NCBI GenBank assembly: GCA_036339875.1
Contig: JAYZAC010000059.1
Span: 1 to 24,709 of the forward strand
DNA from: a bacterium
GTDB lineage: Bacteria; Muiribacteriota; UBA6191
Reading direction: 5' to 3'
DNA length: 24,709 nt
Shown here: one piece after another, positions 15,465-23,925 of the stretch
How positions within the stretch are numbered: the first letter of the stretch is position 1
Layout of the letters: each line of letters opens with the position of its first letter
The notes under the pieces: model-generated
Seen by the model: the letters and a program-made list of their open reading frames with translations, nothing else
Database searches by the model: none
Told to the model about the DNA's origin: nothing
Translations under genes and position numbers: made by a program

Positions 15465-17603
15465 TTAATTTGTTGAACGCTCTGCAATCAGTCCACGACT
15501 TCTAGCTTCAGTCATCTGATTGATACGCTTAATTTCTTCATTTGAATGAAGCATACTTAGACCTATGTTTTCGTGAGGGAGTAAATAAAACTTGTCATAG
15601 ATCTTTAATAATTCGTCTTTACGTTTCCAATTTTTGTAATGATTCTCCAGACTATCTCTCAATACTAAACGAAACATTGGCCAGTGAATACCTTGTCCAT
15701 CAGATATTAAGCGATTTAATTCTCCTAGAAAATACTGATTAATCCACAATGTACCGGTACCCTTAGAGAGTACTAAGTGAGTACCAGGACTTAAAGAGAG
15801 AATTTTTCGAACATTTTCGAAACCCCCACAGGAACCGATGAAGGTAAGTAACGTGCCGGGTTCAATGTAATCTATGCAATGCTTCAATTTGTATGAGTGT
15901 CCTCGGAATACAAATGTATGCATCGTACCACCCATATCTTCTACCTTTTTAGCCACAGAGGCAAAGGAATGTTTCTTCGATAATGGCTTGTGTACAAGCA
16001 TTTTAAGATTGGATTCAGAGCCTTCAGTATCAATGGGAGCCGTATACTCCATGTGATCATGAGATTCTAAGGCCCTAAACTGCTCCCATGTCTGCATAAA
16101 TTTTGTGAAGAAATGGAATGTAGTTTTACCATCAATATCGTCATACATAAAATGACGCTGTAAATGCAGCTGCTTATCATTAATTAGTTTCGCGTGAGGT
16201 AGATGGAAGAAGCGCTTTAATCGATACTGCGGATAACTATGCCAGAAATACTCCATAAAACTTTCATAAGCTGGATGAATTCGCACTAATACTCTTCTGT
16301 GGTTAACTTTCGAATCTACTATTTCCTCAACGTCGGAAGCTAGTTTGTCAAAACTAGGATACTGGTAAACCTCCGGTTCAATCGTTTCTTGAGTGTTTTC
16401 AGACTCTATTTGTCTTAGTTTCTCCTCAAAAAGGTAATCAGGTATTCCCTCGTATTCAGGGCTAGTACGTAAACGTTCACGAGCCTGAGATAGGAGTCTG
16501 TCTTGTGATTTTAGGCGCTGCGTAAATTCATCCTCTAATTTTTGTTCTTCTTCCTCAAATTGATCCAATTTCTCTTGATACACTTGTGCATATAACAAGG
16601 CTCTATTTTTTTCCTCTAAGAAGTGATCTACGGAAGCTATCATCATAAATAGCAAGTGCTCCCGATTTCCAGGTATCCCCTCTCTGCCTGCAATCTGAAC
16701 AGCCTCCAGACCATCTTTCAGCATCCAACCAAGAAGTATTCCTCTAACTTCCGGTAGGCTATGATGTACAAGAATTTCTACAAAACTTACTGCGTATTTC
16801 ATGGAAACTTTCTGCAATGCTCTGTCGTAAAATCGTCTCAATACTTTGATCTGATTTCTATATGACAGCTTTTCCAAAATTTCCTGAACTCTATTGAACG
16901 AAGAAGATGATTCTAGCAGAATGGCTAATTCCCTAGATTTCAAATTAGTCAAAATCATTTCTAAATTAGGTCCCGGGCGATAAGGCTCTAAAATATGGTC
17001 AACAACTTTGTTAAATGATGATGTATAAATTACAGCACGCCAATCTACTAGCATGTGTACTAATTGATCCCGTCGTAAATGGGTCAAAACTTTGAATCTC
17101 GTGTCAGAATCTAGCTCGTGAAAAGCATTAATAATTCGTAAAGGTAATTCCAATTCCTTCTTGCGTAGTTTAGGGTCATCCCATGTTTTGGAGGACAACT
17201 TTAAGGATTCCACTTCCAAAAGTTGTACTAAATCCTGTGGATATCCAAGGTCCTTGTGAAGCTGCAATATAGTTTTACCCCACCCCTTATTCCAAAAATT
17301 ATAAAATCTCTTTTTGACCGTATCCTTCGGTGGAGTATCATATGGCGATAAAGCTACGCCAGTCCTAACTGCTTGAGAATCGTTCGACTCCTTTGATACG
17401 TCTGGTGAAACGTTTTCCTCGACCACAATATCATTGTATAGCTCATCAATATTCAACTTCGGAACGATCTTCGTATGTTTTCTGGTATTCATTTTAATTT
17501 GATCGTCTTGATGATTCAACTGAATACTGGCCAGTATGGAAGAACAGACCAACTGCATTAATATTGTAAGTTGAACACGAAAGATGACTTTTCTGGCTTT
17601 CAT
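15465..17603 (-). CDS. Large hypothetical protein, probably exported, with a C-terminal RGHS...GSC motif pair
   Basis: 722-codon ORF (track start 17633). ATG at 17603 gives a signal-peptide-like MKARKVIFRVQLTILMQLVCSSILAS. There is an acidic coiled-coil insertion mid-protein. The start is uncertain. Confidence 0.85.
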   Translation of the reverse strand: MKARKVIFRVQLTILMQLVCSSILASIQLNHQDDQIKMNTRKHTKIVPKLNIDELYNDIVVEENVSPDVSKESNDSQAVRTGVALSPYDTPPKDTVKKRFYNFWNKGWGKTILQLHKDLGYPQDLVQLLEVESLKLSSKTWDDPKLRKKELELPLRIINAFHELDSDTRFKVLTHLRRDQLVHMLVDWRAVIYTSSFNKVVDHILEPYRPGPNLEMILTNLKSRELAILLESSSSFNRVQEILEKLSYRNQIKVLRRFYDRALQKVSMKYAVSFVEILVHHSLPEVRGILLGWMLKDGLEAVQIAGREGIPGNREHLLFMMIASVDHFLEEKNRALLYAQVYQEKLDQFEEEEQKLEDEFTQRLKSQDRLLSQARERLRTSPEYEGIPDYLFEEKLRQIESENTQETIEPEVYQYPSFDKLASDVEEIVDSKVNHRRVLVRIHPAYESFMEYFWHSYPQYRLKRFFHLPHAKLINDKQLHLQRHFMYDDIDGKTTFHFFTKFMQTWEQFRALESHDHMEYTAPIDTEGSESNLKMLVHKPLSKKHSFASVAKKVEDMGGTMHTFVFRGHSYKLKHCIDYIEPGTLLTFIGSCGGFENVRKILSLSPGTHLVLSKGTGTLWINQYFLGELNRLISDGQGIHWPMFRLVLRDSLENHYKNWKRKDELLKIYDKFYLLPHENIGLSMLHSNEEIKRINQMTEARSRGLIAERSTN

Positions 17604-17794
17604 GATTTCCGCCATCGGGTTAAAGACTACCACGATGCATACTTTATCTTATCTTTCGTTAGCTAAGTCACCTTATTATTACCGAGGGTCGACAAAACAT
17701 GCTAATCTAAGGCATTATTCGCATATATCAGTGATTTCGTTTGGACTTCGTGCCTCGAATGTTTTCCCAAAAACTAAGTTTCAAATTGTTACAA

Positions 17795-18403
17795 TTAGGA
17801 CGACCGGACCGCTATACACTCTAACCAATACTCACCATTTCTGTCAGATCTATGATCTGCTCGCTTGCGAATTTCTAATATGGATAAACCGTCAACTTTT
17901 TCAAAGCAATGAAACAATCTCTCCTCATTCATCACAAGAAAGAAACGGCCATCTCGACAAAAATCTTTCGAACCCCACTTAAAGCTGGTGTAGAAAACAC
18001 CTCTGGTTTTCAAAGCATTTTTTATTGAGTTAAGAGTTTTACAGAAATCTTCTAAATCGAGATGAAGAAGACTAGCACTAGCCCAGATACCGTGATATTT
18101 GTTGAAGCTTGTAAGTTCGTAAGAGCTCGCTCTCTTCACCGCAAAATCTAAATAGCTCTCAGCTAAACATGCTAATTTTTCATTAGGTTCCCAAGATTCA
18201 ACTGAATATCCCTGTTTTCTAAAATTCTTTGAGTCACGGCCTGAACCACAACCTAAGTCAAGAATTAAAGCGTCACTACTTAATCTCTCTAAAAAAACTT
18301 CGTAAGACGGACTCAGATCTATTTTCAATGTTTCCTCGAAAAAAGTTTCAGCCTTTTCAGAGTAGAATCTTTGGGCACTCAAGTAAGAAGACTTCAATAC
18401 CAA
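17795..18403 (-). CDS. Class I SAM-dependent methyltransferase
   Basis: ILDLGCGSGRD (motif I), GIWASASLLHL, LK..GVFYTSFK.G, DGRFF. The TTG start overlaps the Sel1 gene stop by 10 nt. Confidence 0.92.
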   Translation of the reverse strand: MVLKSSYLSAQRFYSEKAETFFEETLKIDLSPSYEVFLERLSSDALILDLGCGSGRDSKNFRKQGYSVESWEPNEKLACLAESYLDFAVKRASSYELTSFNKYHGIWASASLLHLDLEDFCKTLNSIKNALKTRGVFYTSFKWGSKDFCRDGRFFLVMNEERLFHCFEKVDGLSILEIRKRADHRSDRNGEYWLECIAVRSS

Positions 18404-19299
18404 TCGTCCTGATCATCCTCTGCAGATCGTCCCAATTCCTCAAAATAAAAATCAGCTTGTATAATATCTTCATCGGACAATTCTCTGCTAATTTCATCCA
18501 AAGCTTCATGGGTATCAGCAGCGCCTAGAACGTCAGCGAATCGTAAATATGCGTAAGCTCTTGGTAGGTTTATTTGCACTCCATCTCCCTCCGCGTAAAT
18601 GACTCCTAAATTAAAATATGCATCAGGGTGACCCTGATTTGCTGCAAGTTCAAAGTATTTAATGGCTTGTGCAAAATTCTGACTTACTCCTTCTCCTTCG
18701 TAAAGCATCACACCTAAATCGTACTGAGATTGCATATTACCCATTTCAGCGGCTAGTCGATGATACTGAAGAGCTAAATTTACATTTTGCTCCAAAAATT
18801 CACCAGAATCATAAAATCTAGCCAGATTACAATATGCTTGGGCATATCCACATTGACCCGCTTGTTTCATCCACCCGACACCCTCTATTAAGTTTTGATC
18901 TGTTCCCTCACCAGCCAAAAAAAATAATCCAACATTATTCATAGCTGCAGCGTCGCCTTCATCAGCCGCTTTATAGCACCACTCGAAACATTTTTTATCA
19001 CATGCATCGACACCCTTACCCTGCTTATATAAAAAGGCCAAAGACCTCATTGCTGAGGTATTACCTTGATCTGCTGATTTATTACACCACTCATACGCAA
19101 GCTTAAAATCCTGATTTAATACCGTACCTTGGGTGTATAAAACAGATAGATAATGCTGTGCCTTGGAGTCCCCCCCCTGAGCACAAGATTTAATATCCTC
19201 CACAGACTGTAAATCAATGATATCTAGTTGGTCGGCTGTCAGTTCGCGCCAGTCTAGTGTGGTATTCTGCCCAAAATCAATCTCATCGTCCAAAAACAT
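18394..19299 (-). CDS. Sel1-like repeat (SLR/TPR) protein
   Basis: About six or seven ~36-aa repeats of the form A...LG..Y..G.GV.QN...A..W...AA.QG. Acidic termini, no signal peptide. Confidence 0.95.
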   Translation of the reverse strand: MFLDDEIDFGQNTTLDWRELTADQLDIIDLQSVEDIKSCAQGGDSKAQHYLSVLYTQGTVLNQDFKLAYEWCNKSADQGNTSAMRSLAFLYKQGKGVDACDKKCFEWCYKAADEGDAAAMNNVGLFFLAGEGTDQNLIEGVGWMKQAGQCGYAQAYCNLARFYDSGEFLEQNVNLALQYHRLAAEMGNMQSQYDLGVMLYEGEGVSQNFAQAIKYFELAANQGHPDAYFNLGVIYAEGDGVQINLPRAYAYLRFADVLGAADTHEALDEISRELSDEDIIQADFYFEELGRSAEDDQDDWY

Positions 19300-19645
19300 A
19301 AGCTTATAATAATCACAAAAAACGAAATCTTAAACCGAATAACGCTTAATTTTTGATTGAATGAACCGTTACGCGGGATTAAAAGCGCTAATTAGATAAT
19401 TTCTGATCCAAAATAGATCGAAGATTATACCGAATGTTCCTATCAAAATTTATGCTCACAAATAATGACTTTAGAACGGTTCTATTCTACAATCCCAATT
19501 AAAATAACTACATTGAAATATGTAATAATAATCAATCTGAAAACAGCTAAAACCTGATTAGTAAAGGGCTAAAGGTGACAAAACTAGTAAAATATGTCAC
19601 AATAAAGTAGCTAAGATAAATTTATTATCGATTGAGAAGTATTCC

Positions 19646-20101
19646 GTGAAATCTTTTTTTTCGCCTCGAGACATAGAGAAGGTGTTGAACGTATCCTACC
19701 GCCAACTACAGTATTGGGATCAAACAGACTTCATAAAGCCATCATATCGTAAGCAGAAGAAATTTCGACTGTATACGTTCACTGATGTTCTACTTTTAAA
19801 AATAGCGTGGGAGTTACGGCAAAAAAGAAATTTTTCCATCCAAAAGTTACGTAAAACGATTGAACTGATGAAGAAATTATTACACAAGGTAACTCATCCA
19901 CTGATAGAGTTGACATTTCTAATCGACGAAGAACGTATATTGGTCTTCAACGGTGATGTTGTGATGGACGAAATCTCGGCTGATAACCATTTTAAGTTCT
20001 GTGTTGGTCACTTACGCCAAGAGATTGACGACTTTTTTAGCACTAAAGCTGAAAATGATTCGGACGACGAATTCAATAGTGGGCTGGAAGAAGCCTCATA
20101 A
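19646..20101 (+). CDS. MerR-family HTH transcriptional regulator
   Basis: FSPRDIEKVLNVSYRQLQYWDQTDFIKPS...RLYTFTDVLLLK...LR....SIQKLR, the MerR winged HTH. Short C-terminal domain with no metal-binding Cys cluster. GTG start. Confidence 0.9.
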   Translation: MKSFFSPRDIEKVLNVSYRQLQYWDQTDFIKPSYRKQKKFRLYTFTDVLLLKIAWELRQKRNFSIQKLRKTIELMKKLLHKVTHPLIELTFLIDEERILVFNGDVVMDEISADNHFKFCVGHLRQEIDDFFSTKAENDSDDEFNSGLEEAS

Positions 20102-20221
20102 ATTCAACGAAACAATCTCAATACGTTCTATTTTCTACGTTTTTCATCTAATTTTTGCAATTATATCCGCAAATATAGCTAGATTCGCATCTTTTTATAA
20201 ATGATTTGCGTAGTAAGCTTT

Positions 20222-23200
20222 ATGCATAAAAAAATATTAATTAACGCGTTCCTCCTCTTCAGCCTATTTCAACTATTAACGGCTGAAAATCTACAACATG
20301 CAGACATCGAGAAGATAAATAATTCTGATACTAATACATTCACGAAAGCTGATAGACATTGGTCCTCATTATCTTACAACTCGTCTGCCGGTGAACAACT
20401 TGAACTAAATCAAGAAGAATTGGATAAACAACAAAAAATATATTGGACTAGGATATTTGCACAGACTCAGTACGCGAAAAGATATCTTGATTCAGATAAC
20501 CCAGATTTTTCAAAGATCAGACGACACTTTCGCTTTAAATGGCTTTGGAGAATTAATGAAAAGGATTTACGCACTCAATATACAGAGCTTTTACACACTG
20601 TTTTAGAAAGTATGCGAGCTCTGGATGATGTGGAAGAACTTCGTGAATTAAACTTAGTTTTATACCGTCAGCTACTCGGAGAAATTAACCGTCAAGTTGC
20701 CGAAGCTCCTACTGAGGAAGACTGGGATCCACAATTTCGTGAATCATTTGTTAATGAAGTAGAAAATGGACCTGGTTATAAACAACGTCGAGAAATTATA
20801 AGGGCCGATAACAAACATGATAAAACTAAGGCAAAAAAAGAGTATGAAAAAATATTTACTGCTCATTACAGAAATTTCTACAGCCATGACCAACCTGCAG
20901 TTAAATGGTCTGAGACCGCCCACATGCTCATTCCAGCCGGCACCATTCAATGGCCGCTGGAAGCTGTAGATCGACAATTTGTTTCCAAGGCTGACCACAA
21001 TCCAGTACAAATAGAAGCACGCTCAAACCTGATACCAGGTGTCGGTAATCTCATCGAATCACGAGGTGTATTATTCGGACAAACTCACAGTATAGAGCAA
21101 CTTAATAATCTTCCTCTTCACTGCATCAAAAACGGTTATCTAGCTGTAAAAAAGATGATAGCGGGAGAAGGCATTGAGCTCGAACGCCTGAAGAAATCTA
21201 TTAAACCTAAATGGACTGAATGGCCCAATGAAACAGAGCAACAAGAAGTGATAGGCGAACAACATGGAAGCGAAAACAATTCGAATCAATTATCACAAGG
21301 TAATAACTCAAAATTTTATTCAGATTTTGATGACATAGATACGAAGTTACAACAATCTGACTTGAATGATTATGACGAGGAAGTTTCTCCAAAAAATGAA
21401 AGCCAAGAACAAGAATCCGTAACATCTAATACTGATGAAATTCCACAAGATAACTCACTTTTTGCAGGTTTCAAACGCCATCTAGAAAAATCTAAATGGG
21501 GTAAACGAATAGTCAATGAAATTGCTGACATTGATATAAAGTTCAATATCAAACTTTTCGATGTCGACCTCTACGAAGGTATAGGTATCGGAAGCAAGTA
21601 TCGCTATGAGGTTGAGCCTAGTTATGTAGACAATTATTACACAAGAGTTGATACATGGCGCTTAAATGCAAACGTTAGGCCAGGTGATATGATTTCGAAG
21701 GATTCTCTTCCCTTCGGATTGAACATCGAAAAAGGTCAAGAAGTTCATTTTATTCGACAGTTCAAATCTAAGAAGAGAGCACTGAAAGCTGTACCATACA
21801 ACTTCAAGCACTTTCCCTATAATTCGAAACGTATTATCGATAAATTGCATCCGGGTGATTTTGTTGCGATTCCTGCTCATCTCAATTTAATTATCGGTAA
21901 AGGTATTGGTACTCTTTCAAATGTACTAAGCGGAGCCGTTAGCGAATATTTTGGTCTGAATGCTGGCTTAAATGCCAATTATCTTCTCAGTGGGAAATTT
22001 CAACTGCATATTTTTAAGATGATGGATAATAGGGTACGGCTAAGAGTTCTAGCTCAGAGGCAGCAAAAAATATCCATGCAAGCCAATGCTCAAATTGGAT
22101 TTCTAGGTTCGGGATTAGACTTTTTCTTAATTAATCTAGTGGACAAGCAAATACGTAAATGGACCCGGATTAGGTTAACTGAAGCAGGCGCTGATAAAGA
22201 ATTTGGACGTATTTTCCTAGCGGACTATGTTTTTAATCTTAACAATACTGAAGCACGCCAAGCTCTTGATGGGATCCTAGCAAGCCAATTTAAACTGCGA
22301 GAAACAGAAATTATCAACCCTTTTAAGGGTAAAGATAAACCTATCTCTCGCAAAATGATCCATGATCTTTCATTGATTGAAGAGCTGGCTCATGAGGACA
22401 AAGCTGTTTCTGTAGACTCGAGAAGAATCAACCGACTTTACCGTGGTGAATCAGTTTACAACCGTCATACTCGCGATCTCAAAGTCGGTATCAAAATTAT
22501 TCAATATGGCAGACAATTTCATCGCACCGAGAACCTGATTAGTCACTTAGACGAGAATAATAATACCAACTATTATCTGTATCCTACCTTTACTAGAAAT
22601 AAAGAATTTGAAGCACTTTTTGGAATATTCAAGCATAGCAACATGCATACGGTATATAGCTTATTTCCTTCTGACAGAGACGGTGTACCAACTGGTTTTG
22701 GAGAATGGGGTACAACTTGGGAATTTAGAGACAAACGTTTTGGAGTTGATGATCAAGAGAAAATAATCAACTTCATTGGTAGAAACTTACCAACTTCCAT
22801 TTTGAAGAAAATCCCATGGGGTGATTGGAAAGACTTAAAACCAAGGTCAAACGCAAGGATGCGCTTTCATACTATCTTTGAAAAATATGCATTTGATCAA
22901 ATTGCAAACTATAATCTTTTTGAATTATTCCAAAAGTTCAAGGAGTTCAAATCCAGTATCCCTTCTATGCCTGAACCGCGTAGAACTCAAATCAAAGATC
23001 ATCGTAAAAATGTACCTCAAAACTTTAGTGACTGGTATGAACGTCATAAAAAGCAAATTGGTGAGATGCTCGAAGGTGTTTATTTAATCTCTCGTCCCGA
23101 AGTACCAGCGCTTGAGCGAATGAAAGGCCTTGAAGATTTATTAAAAAATAATGAAGTTTTTAGATTACTCGGAACTGGTTACTTGATGTCCCTTCTTGAT

Positions 23201-23428
23201 GAGGAGTCTCAGAAAAAAGGTACGTTTGTACAATTTGAATTATATGCTAAAGATACTAAATCTTTACGTTTCCATCATGGAGGGCAAAACAACGCTCATC
23301 TCCGCGAGCTTTTATTGTATATCAATAATGTTCTTAACAATCGCAATTTCGATATCCGATTACATCCAACTGATTTAGATAAAGTCGATGCACTGCGCAG
23401 TTCGTCGTCGGAAAGCCTGTTGGACTAA
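20222..23428 (+). CDS. Large hypothetical exported protein (~1070 aa)
   Basis: 1075-codon ORF (track start 20201). ATG at 20222 gives a signal peptide MHKKILINAFLLFSLFQLLTA. Helical N-terminal part, acidic Q/N/S linker, beta-rich C-terminal part. Confidence 0.88.
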   Translation: MHKKILINAFLLFSLFQLLTAENLQHADIEKINNSDTNTFTKADRHWSSLSYNSSAGEQLELNQEELDKQQKIYWTRIFAQTQYAKRYLDSDNPDFSKIRRHFRFKWLWRINEKDLRTQYTELLHTVLESMRALDDVEELRELNLVLYRQLLGEINRQVAEAPTEEDWDPQFRESFVNEVENGPGYKQRREIIRADNKHDKTKAKKEYEKIFTAHYRNFYSHDQPAVKWSETAHMLIPAGTIQWPLEAVDRQFVSKADHNPVQIEARSNLIPGVGNLIESRGVLFGQTHSIEQLNNLPLHCIKNGYLAVKKMIAGEGIELERLKKSIKPKWTEWPNETEQQEVIGEQHGSENNSNQLSQGNNSKFYSDFDDIDTKLQQSDLNDYDEEVSPKNESQEQESVTSNTDEIPQDNSLFAGFKRHLEKSKWGKRIVNEIADIDIKFNIKLFDVDLYEGIGIGSKYRYEVEPSYVDNYYTRVDTWRLNANVRPGDMISKDSLPFGLNIEKGQEVHFIRQFKSKKRALKAVPYNFKHFPYNSKRIIDKLHPGDFVAIPAHLNLIIGKGIGTLSNVLSGAVSEYFGLNAGLNANYLLSGKFQLHIFKMMDNRVRLRVLAQRQQKISMQANAQIGFLGSGLDFFLINLVDKQIRKWTRIRLTEAGADKEFGRIFLADYVFNLNNTEARQALDGILASQFKLRETEIINPFKGKDKPISRKMIHDLSLIEELAHEDKAVSVDSRRINRLYRGESVYNRHTRDLKVGIKIIQYGRQFHRTENLISHLDENNNTNYYLYPTFTRNKEFEALFGIFKHSNMHTVYSLFPSDRDGVPTGFGEWGTTWEFRDKRFGVDDQEKIINFIGRNLPTSILKKIPWGDWKDLKPRSNARMRFHTIFEKYAFDQIANYNLFELFQKFKEFKSSIPSMPEPRRTQIKDHRKNVPQNFSDWYERHKKQIGEMLEGVYLISRPEVPALERMKGLEDLLKNNEVFRLLGTGYLMSLLDEESQKKGTFVQFELYAKDTKSLRFHHGGQNNAHLRELLLYINNVLNNRNFDIRLHPTDLDKVDALRSSSSESLLD

Positions 23429-23643
23429 CTTGGAGATTATATAAATTACCCTCAAATTCAGTAGCCACCCTTTTGCTTCAGGTGAAAAATTGGGTGTCAT
23501 GGTTTTGGGCGAACTTTTTTATAGTGAAGAAAGCGGAAAATAGCAATGTCGGATCTACTTGTTGCCTTAAATTTAGCTGACGCAGATTATCGAAGAATAA
23601 CATACGTAATATCTCTCATCGTCGTGACGACGATTCCAATCTA

Positions 23644-23868
23644 TTGAGTCTAAAAGTCTTAAAAAATAATCGATTAGAAATTGTTGTAGAACAACGTAAA
23701 CTTTCATTGGCAAGTCATAGACGAATTACAAAACGTGCTGTGTCATCACTAAATAGTTTGCTTTACAAGAACACTGACATTAAGACTACAAGAGTTAAAC
23801 CAAATTTAGACCCAATCAGAGGCACCGATATCGATTTGATCCGCGAATACGTCGTCATACCAACTTAA
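23644..23868 (+). CDS. Possible small basic protein or gene fragment
   Basis: 74-codon ORF with a TTG start and no SD. The frame stays open upstream to a TGA at 23578-23580. It occupies an otherwise empty ~500-nt gap. Confidence 0.3.
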   Translation: MSLKVLKNNRLEIVVEQRKLSLASHRRITKRAVSSLNSLLYKNTDIKTTRVKPNLDPIRGTDIDLIREYVVIPT

Positions 23869-23925
23869 AATTAAACCCTGACTACAAGGTTACTCACGAC
23901 ACATTTCCATCTGAGCAATCAAAAA

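Noticed and set aside
19472..19484. LexA (Cheo) box
   Set aside because: GAAC and GTTC are separated by 1 nt, not the required 4.
1266..23378. Numerous 60-132-aa ORFs antisense to, or out of frame within, long genes (e.g. 1266, 2273, 2342, 3803, 9383, 10946, 12942, 13066, 15013, 15323, 15542, 15874, 17584, 18229, 20001, 20744, 21207, 21370, 21662, 22878, 23196)
   Set aside because: They overlap well-supported CDSs, carry no recognisable motifs and are expected shadow ORFs.
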